DNA of 64,000 nucleotides from Camelus dromedarius (Eukaryota). The notes below the pieces were generated by a model. It ran no database searches. It was not told where the DNA came from and worked only from the letters and a program-made list of their open reading frames with translations. The stretch covers positions 32,986,001 to 33,050,000 of the forward strand of contig NC_087437.1 in assembly GCF_036321535.1 (NCBI RefSeq), read 5' to 3'. Within the stretch, counting starts at the first letter, position 1, and every line of letters begins with the position of its first letter. Shown piece by piece: positions 12,985 to 25,460 of this stretch. The translations under genes were made by a program, and so were the position numbers.

Positions 12985-15780
12985 AACTACTTTTGTTAAG
13001 GGTGAAACACATTCAGAAGGCTATTTATAGCATATATGAAATATATAAAAATAACAGTGATACAGACACCTGCACCTATCTCCCAAATTGAGATACCGAA
13101 CAATGAAAACCCCTTCTGCAGTGATCTCCAGTCTTACCTGTTCTGAATTTTGTGCTTGTTATTCTCTTGTTTATCTGTATCGTTTCACCACATTTATGTA
13201 TATTTCCAATAATATAACATTTAGTTTCAGATGCTTTTAAACTTTTTTATATTGAAAAAAATAGTGGGTTTTTTTTATGACTTGCTTTCTTTTTCTGTTC
13301 AGCATTATGATATACATCCATAGCAATGCCTATAGTTGTGGTTTATTTATTTTTGCTGTGGTAAACTATTCTATTTTCTGAATGTACCAAAATTTGTTCA
13401 TTCTCCTGTTGATGGACATTTTGGTTGTTTCATATTTTTTGCGGTTACAAACAATGTTGATGAAACCATTATAGTACATCTCTTCTGGTGTACATGTGCA
13501 GGAATTTCTGTAGGGTATATATGCCTAGGAGTAGAATTGCTGAGATACAAGGTAGACACATCTTCAGCTCTACCGGATAGTGCCAAATTGTCTGCAAAGT
13601 GATTGGTGCCAGCCTTTACTCACACAAGTATTTGTATAACGTTTCTGGTTGCTTCACATCCTGCGCATACTTGATATTTCCAGCCTTTTTCATCATTGCA
13701 ATGTATGATTTTATTGTCACAATGTGGTGACTGTAAAAGGGTCTCTGATCCTGGTGTGAATGAGCATTTCTAAGAGTACTAATGGAGTTGAGTATCTTCT
13801 CATTGTATATATTGGTCATTGGTATTTCTTCATCTGTGACATGCTTATTCAAGTTTTTAATGCAGTTTTCCATTGGTTTTATCATCCTTTGTCAATCTGT
13901 GTTGCAGATATCTTCTCTCAATAGGTCTTAATTTTTATGTATTTGAACTTGTTTTGTACTTTTTAACATCCCATTTCAGAAATTCTTCCTTATTTCACAA
14001 TCATAAGCATATTCTCATATTTTGTCTTCTAAAAATTTTCTTTCACGGTTAAACCTTTAATCTACCTGGAATTGATTTTTGTATATGGTGCACTATAGAG
14101 GTCCTTTTTTTTTTTTTATGGGTAACTGTTTATCCCACATTATTTATTCAGTACTCCTCCCTTTTCCCTACTTGACTGCAATGCCAGCTCCATCATCAAC
14201 CAGGTTTACCAATCTGTGTAGACTATTTCTGGCCTCTCTGTCTTGTATTTGTCAATTTTATTTATCCTTGTTACTAATAGTGCATGTATTAGTTCCTAGG
14301 TTCATAATAAGTCTTGATATCTGATAAGACAAGTCACTCACCTCATTTTGCTTCTACGTGAATATTTTGGTTATTTTTAATCTTTACTTTTCCATTTAAA
14401 TTTGAAAATGAATTTTTTGAGATTCACTAAATAGATAAGTAAATAGACTGACTGACCGATTGATATGCTGGTATTTTTATTGAATCTATAGTTTGATTAT
14501 CAAGTAATTATATCTTTATGATACTGTGTCTTATGCTTTAACATGGTATAACTCTGCATACTTACCTAGGTCTTCTTTAGTATCTGTTAATAAACTTCTA
14601 CAACTTTCTTAATAACAGACTACCATATCATTTGTTGGATCCATTTGTAGATGCCTTACATTTTTATACTATTAAAATACTATTTTTAAATTATATTTTC
14701 TGCTCATGGCTGATGTACACAAATGCAGTTGACTCTTGAATACTGATTTTGTACCTAATTAATAAATTATCTGTAGTTACTTTTGGTTTTTCTACATAGA
14801 TAATAATATCTGTTAACAGTAACCTTTTTGTTTCTTCCTTTCCATTTGTTATATCATGTGTTTCTTTTTTAAAACTTACTGCACTGACTAGGACCACCGC
14901 TACCTAATAGAAACGATAATAGCTAGCATCATTATCCTATTTGTGAGCATAGAGATGTTGGTTTTTAACATTATACCATTAAGTATATTTGCCTTACCTT
15001 TTTCATTTTGGTGTAGTTTTGGGGAGGAGGGGTACAATCTTTTTTCAGGTTAGAGATATTTTCTTCCTTGCCTGGTTTGTTTTTAATTTCAAATACTGCA
15101 TTTTGTCAAAGACTTCAGGTTTTTAGTTTTTCTGCTTTAATCAGACAGTGTTATGAATTACATTAACATATCTTCTAATGTCAAACCAACTCTGTGGTCC
15201 TAGAATTAATCCAATGTGATTTTGTTTTATTATCTTTTTTACATTCCTTAATTTGATTTGTTTATATATTAAATTATACCTATACATGTATATATATTTG
15301 TATACAAATATATGTGTGTATCTTCCCCTCTCTTACCCTTTTTCATCTGCATTTTTGACTTTCTTCTACAATTTCTCCTTTTTTGTACTGCTCTTGACTG
15401 TTTTTGAAAGCAAGTTTGTGCTAGCCTATAAAACAAGTTAAGAAGTCAGTTTGTATAACATCAAAATTTTCTCTTTCTTGAAGATTTGGTAGAATTTTTC
15501 TGTAAAACCTAAGCCTAGTGTTTATAAAAATTTTTTTCAGAAATGATTCAATTTCTCTGAGTTACAGGACTACTAAGAGTGTAAACTTCATTTTTGGTCT
15601 TTGTGGATTCCTTACTTCATGTGATCTCAGCAATTCATTTAATTTTTTTAAATATTATTTTAAATATTTATTTAAAAATAAATAATTTTTAAAGTATCTA
15701 ACATTATTTGTTGTGTTCAGCAGAAGTATCATTCAGAGAATCTTATGCTCCATTATCTAAGAAACAGAAATCTTCATTTA
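12985..15780 (-). mobile_element. Older L1ME-type LINE, degraded
   Basis: Minus-strand ORFs 13398..13586 ([10 protein letters not shown]) and 14691..14897 (DIIIYVEKPK) resemble L1 ORF2 segments. Confidence 0.7.
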
Positions 15781-15784
15781 CGTG

Positions 15785-16420
15785 TCATTCCTCTCCAATG
15801 TGACTTACATCACTCCATTCAAACTGCTTCTTTTCAAAATCACCAGTACTGCCTAATTTGCCAAATCTAGTGGAATTTTTCTTATCATATTCGACCTTGC
15901 GGCAGCACTCAGTGCAGCTCACCACACTTCTTTTTGAAACATCCTTTTTTTCACTTTATATGGCATAATACGCATCTGATTTTCCTGCCAGCCCTGGCCA
16001 GCCCTGTCTTTTCCTCCTACCCAATCTGCAAGTTCTGGTATTTATTGGAACTCAGGTCTTTTATTTCCTATCTGTGTAATTTTTCTCCTTGAGTGAATTT
16101 ATCATGTCCCACTGGAGTAAATGCCTTACATATGCTTATCATTTCCAAATTTTTATCTTCAGCCCAGACTTTTCTGTTTTGAACTGCAGACTTGGAGATT
16201 TTTTTTTTTTTAACATACAAGCATCTCAAAGTCATCATCTTTAAAACTGAACTCTTAATTCCACCCCCAAGTCTTCTTTGTCTTAGTAAATACTAGCACT
16301 ACTGTTTATCTCGTTACTGGACCCAGAAATTTGAAAATCAGTTTGATTCCTCTTTCTCTCGCTCTCCACAAAATGTATGTCTATTCTTCATTTAATATAT
16401 GTCTCCATCTTCCCTGCTAC
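15785..16420 (+). mobile_element. L2 ORF2 (RT region) remnant, right part
   Basis: GCCAAATCTAGTGG...TCGACCTTGCGGCAGCACTCAGTGCAGCTCACCAC is a decayed copy of the L2 LDLSAAFDTVDH-coding motif. Confidence 0.65.
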
Positions 16421-16429
16421 CCCGATTTT

Positions 16430-17075
16430 GATATGTTAGAGAATGACCACTGGCTACTTTAGACTGACTGTTCTGGGAAGGCCTCCTTGAGGAGATGGCA
16501 TTTAAACTAAATCTGAACGAAAAGGGACTTGCCATGCAAAGATCATTCTAGGTGGAAGGGAACTTCTATAAAGATCTTAAGGCAGGGTGCAAGTTTAGAA
16601 TGCTTGAGAACCACAGAGAAAGCCAGTGTGGCTAAGGCAAGGGTTAGAGATTTAGTTGAAGGGTTTAACAGGATCCAGATTATGTAGGGTTTTGTAGATA
16701 AGAGTCTTATTGAGTTGAGTTTTATTCTAAATGGGCTAGGAAGCCAATAAAAAGTGATAGTTTAAATTTAGAGGGTAAGAGAAAAATCGAGGTATGGAGT
16801 TTCGTGAAGATGTCAAGCCCTAAAGATTTGAAGGTCATCAGCATATAGATGGTATTTATAGCTGGGGGTCACTTAGAGAAAAAGAAGGGACCTGGTCTGA
16901 GCACTGGGACACCCTAACATTTAGAGGGGTCTGTATAGGAAAATAAGGAATTATGACCAGTGAGGAGAAAAAAACCAGGAGTGTAAAGCGTTATGGAAAC
17001 CAAATGAAAAAAGTTCGAGGAATAAGGAAGTTGTGACCTCTGTTGAATGATAGGTCAGGAAAGAAACAGAAATCA
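16430..17075 (-). mobile_element. L2 remnant, antisense
   Basis: Contains GGAAGGCCTCCTTGAGGAGATGGCATTTAAACTAAATCTGAA and GTCATCAGCATATAGATGGTATTTA. Confidence 0.65.
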
Positions 17076-18302
17076 AATCCTGCTCCTATAAAGGTCATCA
17101 TTTAGTAGTTTCAAGGACAGTGAAAGGGTAACATTTACATACTGTCTAGAGATTCTTGAGAGCAGTAAATAAGCATCTGCTATTTTCCAAAAAATTAAGA
17201 GAGAAGAGTGTCTCAAGGAGTGTCCCTCCCCAGTAAAGGAATGCCACACTCTTTAACAACAGTAGTCTATGTTCAGCTTATCATTCAACAGAAACCTACT
17301 AGAGTCTTCGTGAATTTTAGTATGACTCAAACGCTATTCTTGTTAGGCTTTCAAACATAATATTTGGTTCTCTAATTCATGCTGTTTGGCCCACTGCTAC
17401 TTTACAGCAACTTTTCAGGATGGTTGATAACCTTTTGGACCAGATCAGATTCTCTTACAGCTCACAGCGTTGCAGTATCTCGGACTGGACAGCCAGAGAA
17501 ATAAACATGTTCTCCCTTACAGTCAACACATGGAGGAACAAATAAACTTGTTTTGTTTAAAGAAACCTTCCTTCAGTCATCACTTTTAAACGAAGACTTT
17601 TTGCAGTGGGTAATTACCGTTTGAGGTAGTAGCTGGTGCTATGAATGTGTTTACTACACAAGAATTTTATAGAGACAGCAGGGATACATTGAAATTTATC
17701 CTTTAAATCCATTTTCTGACTATTTTGGTCAAATGGCTTTCTGATGTGTTGGACAGTAATTGTTTCCGGGGACTTGTTTTACTATACAACTAATCACTGT
17801 CTCATTGCTTCTGGATTATTGACCTCTTATGTCCATATGGCTGCCAAGATCAAGCCCTGAGTCAGCCTGTAAAAACTCTTCTTAAAATGTTTTAAATTAA
17901 TTGTGGATTTGCAGTGGTTTCACTTTCAAATGTTTATTTTTAGTGCTAATATTGTTATATGATATCAGTTTTGTGATTATTAAATGAGTTCAAGTAGGCC
18001 TGTATATGATGTGTGTATATATAAAATTTATATTTTTATCAATCTTAGTCTTCATGATTTGGAGTTATGTTCCTACTTTTTTTTTTTAACTTAAAATTTA
18101 CTGCTATCCAAAATCACTAATATTCCCTGATTGTTTCAGTTACAAACTGGCAAATATACCTTAAGAGGTTTATACATTTTTCCACTTGTGTGGACCTATT
18201 ATACATTTTTTTATGCTCAGATTTTGAGATCCTACAGAATGATTGCTACCAGCACGGCTATCTCCCTGTTGCCGAAGACCACAGATCTTTAGAACACCAA
18301 TC

Positions 18303-18533
18303 TCGGGAGTTCTAGATGTTCAAATAGTAACTACTACTATATATAAAATAGATAAAAAACAAACAAACAAATTTCTTCTTCATAGCACAAGGAATTATAT
18401 TCAATATCTTGTAATAACCTATAATGAAAAAGAATATGAAAACAAATAAATATATGTATATGTATGACTGAAACATTATGCTGTACACCAGAAATTGACA
18501 CACTGTAAATGACTATACTTCATTTAAAAGAAA
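18303..18533 (+). mobile_element. Lineage-specific L1 3' fragment with perfect TSD
   Basis: Artiodactyl-type L1 tail (ATAGCACAAGGAATTATATTCAATATCTTGTAATAACCTATAATG). 12-bp TSD AGAACACCAATC at 18291-18302 and 18534-18545. Confidence 0.85.
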
Positions 18534-19667
18534 AGAACACCAATCACGTATTGGTAGTTGATGTGGACCCATAAGAATTAAAATGTATGAGGAACAGATT
18601 GCTCAGAAATTATGTTCGTATGGTTAGAGATTATGCCTTAGAGCCACTGTCCTCTCACACTGGGCTGTCACTGGCAGATCTGCATGTGAAGCTCAGAACT
18701 ATGGTAAATGTTCCATTACCATCTGACTTTCCTTTCTTGTCCTGTCCCCTTTGCTCACATCTTCAGAACCCCTTGCCCTACCGTATTCCCAGAGGTTAGC
18801 CTCCATGCAGTCCTGATCTTTCCCTCAGTTCTTCATCTCCAGGATTCTTCCTTCTTCCAAATCTATCTTTCCTGTAGGGCCCTGTTCTCTTCTGTGGAAC
18901 AAAAAACTCATCTCTGCTAAACTGCTTCTTCCTACCAGAGATCATATTTGCACTTTAGTAGATACCATATCTTGACTCTGAAGAGAAGATAGGAATTTAA
19001 TGGGAATACTTGCTTAATATAATACAGTTAATTGTGAAGCTAGAACTTAGAGCACTAATTTTAACAGTCATTTACTTCACCTGTAAATACAGCTGGACTT
19101 GCCTATTATTTTGCAACTTTATGACTTAAGGCGTTGTGTTTGTCATGAAAAAAAACACAGAAGTGAATGAATGGTTAGTATTAATATTCTTTGTTCCTAT
19201 AGCTGATTTCCCTCAGAGTCACAGAGGAATAGGCTAAAATATGTATCTCACTTTCCATTTCTTAATTCCTTTATTTCTTTATATTTTGCTCCTCGTCATA
19301 TCTAAATGTCTCTCTGTTTATCTCAGTTTAGTGTGGAAATGTGGGGATTGGATATGATTTGCTTTCTTGAAATTGTAATGCATTAGAAACAGATTAAAAT
19401 CATGGAAACTTTTCTCCACTTTTATAAATGTTATTGATGTGAGATTTCCAACTTAAATGTTTGCTACACTCTTTTTTCTCAAAGTAGAATTTAAAAATCA
19501 AATCATTAGGCTATCAGAATATTTTAATTCAAAACATTATACAGCTATGCAGGTATTCATAGCTCTGACTTACTGTCATATAATTTTCATAACATTGTTG
19601 AGGAGATTTCAGTCCTATCCAAATTAAGTAACTATAAATTAAACCAAATAAGAATTATATATAGTTC

Positions 19668-19792
19668 TTTTTTTTAACATTTTTTATTGATTTTTAATCA
19701 TTTTACAATGTTGTGTCAAATTCCAGTGTAGAGCACAATTTTTCAGTTATACATGAACATATATATATTCATTGTCACATTTTTTTCTCTGC
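19668..19792 (-). mobile_element. Young L1 extreme 3' fragment
   Basis: Nearly identical to 36870-36995. TSD TATAGTTCTT at 19660-19669 and 19796-19805. Confidence 0.8.
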
Positions 19793-20639
19793 ATGTATAG
19801 TTCTTGATACAGCTTGACCAACTGTATTTCAACATATGAAAACAAACAGAACCTGTCTTAAATGTTAATAATATAGATAATATGGCACTTAAGGCTTTTC
19901 TTGAAAAAAGCCAATAATTTTATTTGCATTTCTTTGAAAGGAAAAACTGTAATGAGACAAAGTATTGGCAAAGTGATGAACCAATCAGAGAGGAGATTGT
20001 AATTACAGACTTCAGAGTTTAGTTTAGGATGTGTATGTATGTTGCTTCTTAAACGACAGTTTGAGGAATAGAGGTCATTCATCCATGAACAGTTAAGAGT
20101 TTCTCCGTGTAGTTCAGACTCTCAAACATGCACTCACTCTTGGTTCTTTACACTCCCTGAAAAATTACCTCTTCTATTCATCTGCCATTCTCTTTTCTCC
20201 CTTCTGATTTTTCTTTTATTAGTTATACCTGGCCCCCAAAAAGTTATACCTTGCCATCAGCATTTAAACTATTATCTTCTTCTTTATAAAATAACACAAA
20301 TGCGGCTCAATTTTTGACTCTAAAGTCAGAAGAAATAAAAATTTACCATAGTAGATCTAGTTGTGATAAGTAACATTTTTACAACTTGATCATTTCCCAA
20401 AAAGTATTTGTAAAGTTGATTTAAGTAATTGGCAATAGTTTTCTTTTCTTGGTTTAAATTTTGTACCTAACAAACTAATATTTGGAGAGTGTCTAATTTT
20501 ATTAATCATTTGTAATTCAACTCATACCTAGAACTGACTTTCATTATAAATTATACTTTGCATCCTAATGCTAAAATTCAACATAAAGCACTAGGAGCAA
20601 AGTTTCTCCTAAGAATCAATTTTGTACAAAATTCAAATA

Positions 20640-21955
20640 ACAATAATTAAAGCAATTTTTTTAAAAAAACTAAAGTCAGATGATTTACATTCCCTGATAT
20701 CAAGACTTAGTATAAAACTATGGTAATCAAGTGTGTAGATTACTGTGAGGATAGACATATAGGTAAATGGAACAGACTAGAGAGACCAGATATCAACCCT
20801 CACATATATGACAGATTAATTTTCAACAAAATTACCAAGGCAGTTCAGTGGAGAAAGGAAAAGTCTTTTCAATAAATGGTGCTGAAAAAACTGCATATCC
20901 TTATGGAGAGAAATGAACATTGACCCTTATCTCACAAATGTACGTAAGAATTAGCTCAAAATGTATTATAGACCTAACTACCAAAGCTAAAATTATAAAA
21001 CTTCTAGAAGAAAATGGATCTTTTTCGAACCTTTGCAGTCTTGAGGTAGGCAGGGTTTTTTTGATAGACACAAAAAACACAAACTACTTTTTAAAATGGT
21101 AAATTGGCTTTTTTTAAGTTAAGAAGTATTGCTCTTTGAAAAATACCATTAAGAACAAAAGGACAAGTCACAGAATGATAAAAGATACTGGTGTGTTGAC
21201 AAAAGATGTACATTCAGTATAGATAAAGGACTCTTAAAACTCAATAATAATAAGAAAACCTAATTAAATAATGAGCAAAAGATTTGAACACACACTTGAA
21301 AAAGGAAGTAAGTGCATTAAAAATGCTCAATATCATTAGCCATCATAGAAATCCAAAGCTGCCATATAATCTAGCCATTCCAGCATTAAAGATTTTCCCA
21401 AGAGAAGTAAAGATGTATGTCCACACAAAAAATTGTGCATAAATGTTATATAGCAACTTTATCCTCAAAAGCCAGAAACTGGAAACAACACAGATGTCCA
21501 GTAACAGGTGAATGGCTAAACAAATTGTGGGTATATTCATATAATAGAATTCTATATGCTGTTATAGAATTGTATTTGAATTATATATTCATGAAATAGA
21601 ATTCTACCAGTAATTTTTTAAAAAATAGATAAACCCAACAACATGGAGTTATCACAAAAATATGCAAAGTGAAAAAGACATCAGACATAAATGAGTATAC
21701 CATCTAAATAAAATTCCAGGAAATAGAGACTAATCCATACTGGCAGAAAGCAGATTTGTGATTGTCTGGGGTCGGGGTACAGATGGAAATTGACCACAGA
21801 GAGGCACAAGGAAATTTTTGGTGGTGTTGGAAATATTCTGCATCTTGATTTTGGTGTTGGTTACACAGGTGTATACATTTGTCAAAACACATTGTATGCT
21901 TTACATGAGTATAATTATTACACATAAATTATACCTTAGTAAAGCTAATTTTTAA
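20640..21955 (+). mobile_element. Old L1 (L1M/L1ME-type) ORF2 end and 3' UTR
   Basis: Contains GGAACAGACTAGAGAGACCAGA, AGTCTTTTCAATAAATGGTGCTG and AAACTGGAAACAACACAGATGTCCA. Confidence 0.8.
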
Positions 21956-24084
21956 AAATTCAATTTAAAGTATTTAGTAATTTCTTTAAACCTTATAATT
22001 TTATATGCTGCACTTCATTAATATTATGACAAAGTACTCTGCTTTTAAGAAAGAGAAATTAATATCTTCTACCATCCACTACCATTCTTCCTATCCCATC
22101 TCTGTTTAAAAGGTCAAAATTGTATATATACTTGATAAGTATATGAAATAAGCATATACAGTCATAACTATTCATTATGTAAGGTTATCAAGGATTCAGA
22201 GGCTAAGGAGCCACCTGGTACAGTGGGAAGCATACAAAAGCTGAAGTACAAAGACTTAGTTTCACATCCCAAATCAGTTTCTTACGGTTATCTTTTAAAC
22301 GTTGAGAGTGTCAAATACCCAAATTTAAAAATGGCGATACTGTTTATTACCAAATATTATGTCTATTTCAGTGTCAAATGAAATAACAAATGCAAAGGCA
22401 CTTCGTAAACACAACAAATCCTTGTACCTACCCACTGTACAGTCAGCTCATAATTACTTGCAAATAAAATTCTAAACAAAAGTTTCATCTTGCCACAGAT
22501 ACTGAGAGGGCAAAAGATGTCACTTTCATCCAGAAATTTCCAGCACCAATGTAGCACCTGGCAGATATAGGCACTAAGTACATGTTGGCTGAGTTAATTT
22601 CAATTCTTATTTCTGAATCCCTGAATTTTTATCAATATGTTCAGGGAAATTAAAATATTTGGACCCATAGACTATTTTCTCTATGCTTATGAACCCAAAC
22701 AGAAAATGCTTATAAGAAGAGATATTAGAACTCATAACTTTTATACTGAAAACTTTAATGTTCCAATATATGTTAGGTACCTATTTGCTTCTGACATAAA
22801 GGAATGGATTGCAAAAGACTTGAATTTACGCTGTCCTGGCCTAACAAGTCCCCAAGAGAATCAAGTCCTTGAAGAATTGAGCCTCATTGCTTCTAATACA
22901 TGTGTAACTTTCTGTTAAATATGATACCTAATAAAGAACTAGCCATGAAAGGAAACATACGAAGTCAGGCTGATCATCACATTTGAGCCATTAAGAAGTT
23001 AATTGTTCAAAGCCTTTTTTTTTTTTTTTTTTTTTGGTAGAAGACTCCTGAAATAAACTCTCTACTCCCTACCACAATCCTAAAGTGTTAGAGGTAGAGA
23101 GCAGCTGTGCAACTCCAAAAAGTGACTGGTCTGACACCAAAACCAGTGTTGACATTTTCCCAATGTTTTATTTTATTAATCTTAATGCCACACATGCACC
23201 CTTCTCTAGGTAGTGAATGGCCAGAAAGTACAGCTTACAAACAAAGGCAAAACCATTTGGGGTGATACAAAGAAGAGAGTTGCAGATTTTTAAAAAATCT
23301 CCTCTGCACGTAGGAGTGAGCATAATCAGTGCTTTTTGAGGACTATAAGGAGAGTATGTCTTTTCACTTTCTCTGGGATGGAGGACTGGGTGGATATGCT
23401 GTCTCTAGTTTCAATATTTGTCTCTGGAAATTTTGTCTTTTCATTTTACTATCATCCTTTAATAAGCTGGTGCATTCACTTTGCAAAATATGACTATGGA
23501 GTTATTGTATACACTTTAAACACACTTTTGGTAGATGGTTCTTTTGATCTTCCAGTACTCTTCCTTTTCATCTCATTAATTTTCAGGTTTCAGCACAAGT
23601 GTTTTTAAAATAAGGATTTAAACATAAAAAAGTAACTCTAGATAAAGAACTAAAGGATTTTGATATTTCATAGTTATTCTTTCTGTTTTTAGTAGTTTTT
23701 TGACCCTTACAAATGTGTGTAATAGTTAGCTGCTATTAATATTCTTATCTTCTCTAATTTGTCATAAAAATTATAACTTTAATATAATGATACATTACAT
23801 TTTAATCATGAGAAACTAATAATATCTTGATATTGAACCCAAATTACAATATGAATATATGAAATCTTATTTTATGTTAACATCTATGTTTTTTTAAAGT
23901 ATGTGGTATTTGTGTGTGTGTTCATTTATTTTAGATATATTTTAACATATTTATATGTTCACAGAGATTTTATATAGAGGCATTAAAAAACAGGCATAGT
24001 CAGTCATGGGTGTTCGTTATATATATAGGTTATTGGCAATGCAAAGATATAAAAGATAGAAGAACCTAGTAATTGCCTTTAAGA

Positions 24085-24525
24085 TCAGAGCACAAAGCAT
24101 TAGTTTGGATTTTACAAGGCCAGCCAGCAACAAAAGAGCAGTAATTTATGAGCTCAGCGTAAAAGAATAGCATAATTGCATTAAAAATTAATGCTAATGA
24201 ACACTAAAATGGGGAAGGTGGTTATGATGAAAGTTTGTATTCATCTTCTCTGGTTTGAATGATGGCTAGTGGCTTGATTAATGGCTTAATTTCTATCAAT
24301 TAGTGGGGAAAAATCTCCTGCGAGACAAGGGTAAATTGAGCATTGAATTACATATCTTGCTTTTGTGTGCTAAGAAAAAAGAGCTGCGTATCTCTGATAT
24401 TAGCCACAGTGACAAATGTGGTGTGCCCTGCGATGTCTGCATTAGCTCTCCTGACAGGCGAGTTGTGTGTGGTTATGGGGTGTTTGGAGATGGCTGGCAG
24501 ACAGCATTCACTGCAAGTTCCTTAG
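24085..24525. promoter_or_regulatory. Candidate highly conserved non-coding element or enhancer in the RSRC1 intron
   Basis: No repeat recognised. It has multiple TAAT/ATTA cores, TGATTAATGG (Pbx-Hox) at 24275, TTTATGA at 24145, TGACAG (Meis) at 24452 and several retained CpGs. Conservation was not tested. Confidence 0.55.
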
Positions 24526-25269
24526 AAAAACATACAACTCTCCCATCTCCAGAATTTTAATTAGAGTCAGTAAGAATTCTGGAATTAAATTGGACAACAA
24601 ATAGCAACTTCAGAGTCTGTATTCTGCCCTGTTAATCTGGTATACCTCCAATTATATTCCTTTCTTCTATCATATTAAAATAAGGAACACTTCCAGTCAC
24701 GTTTACTTTGTTGAAATTATTATCTCTTACAACTATTAAAAGTGGATTTGACTACCCATGTTTATTACATTTGAAACAAGCATAAGGCAATAACCTGTGT
24801 AGTTGGACTGCATAGTGGTTACTGGTTTAGCCAAATTCTCAGAAGCTATTCTAGTTTTTTGTAACAGCAGTTGATGCACAATAAATAAAGAATAGCTCTA
24901 ACATGGTAATTTATTACTCAGGTTGTCTTCAGGCTTAAATGAAAGAATGATAGGTTTTCTAAAAACTTTATTTCTTTTATTCATCAATAAAGGTTATCAG
25001 AATGTGACTTATTCATGTATGAAAAATTCTGCAAATACACATCTGTAATCTAGCTTGACAATGCCAAAAAGTCTAAAATAGTGTATATGGCATGTCCTCT
25101 ACAAATAAAGCTCTGTTGTATTTTACTGAATGAATAAGCATTAAAATGCAGAATGAGGACAATACCAGGAACATTTGTTATTCTAGTAAATAGATGAGAA
25201 GGAAGAATAAATGGTACATTGCTTGGCAGGTCTGGGTAAAGAATTTATTGACTAGGAAATAATGACTGG

Positions 25270-25460
25270 ATCACAGTTCAGGGATTGGATCTTACTTCTA
25301 CCACCAACTAGCCATGTGGCCTTTGTCAAGTTACTTAGCCTCAGTTTCTCATCTGTACAGTGAGAACAATAAAAGTACCATCTCTCATGGTTATGATAGT
25401 TAGGTGAGGTAATCCATGTGAAGTGCTTAGCACTCTGTCATAAGGCAAGCTTCTGTTACC
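25270..25460 (+). mobile_element. MIR SINE
   Basis: Contains CAAGTTACTTAGCCTCAGTTTCTCATCTGTACAGTGAG...TGTGAAGTGCTTAGCAC. Confidence 0.7.
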
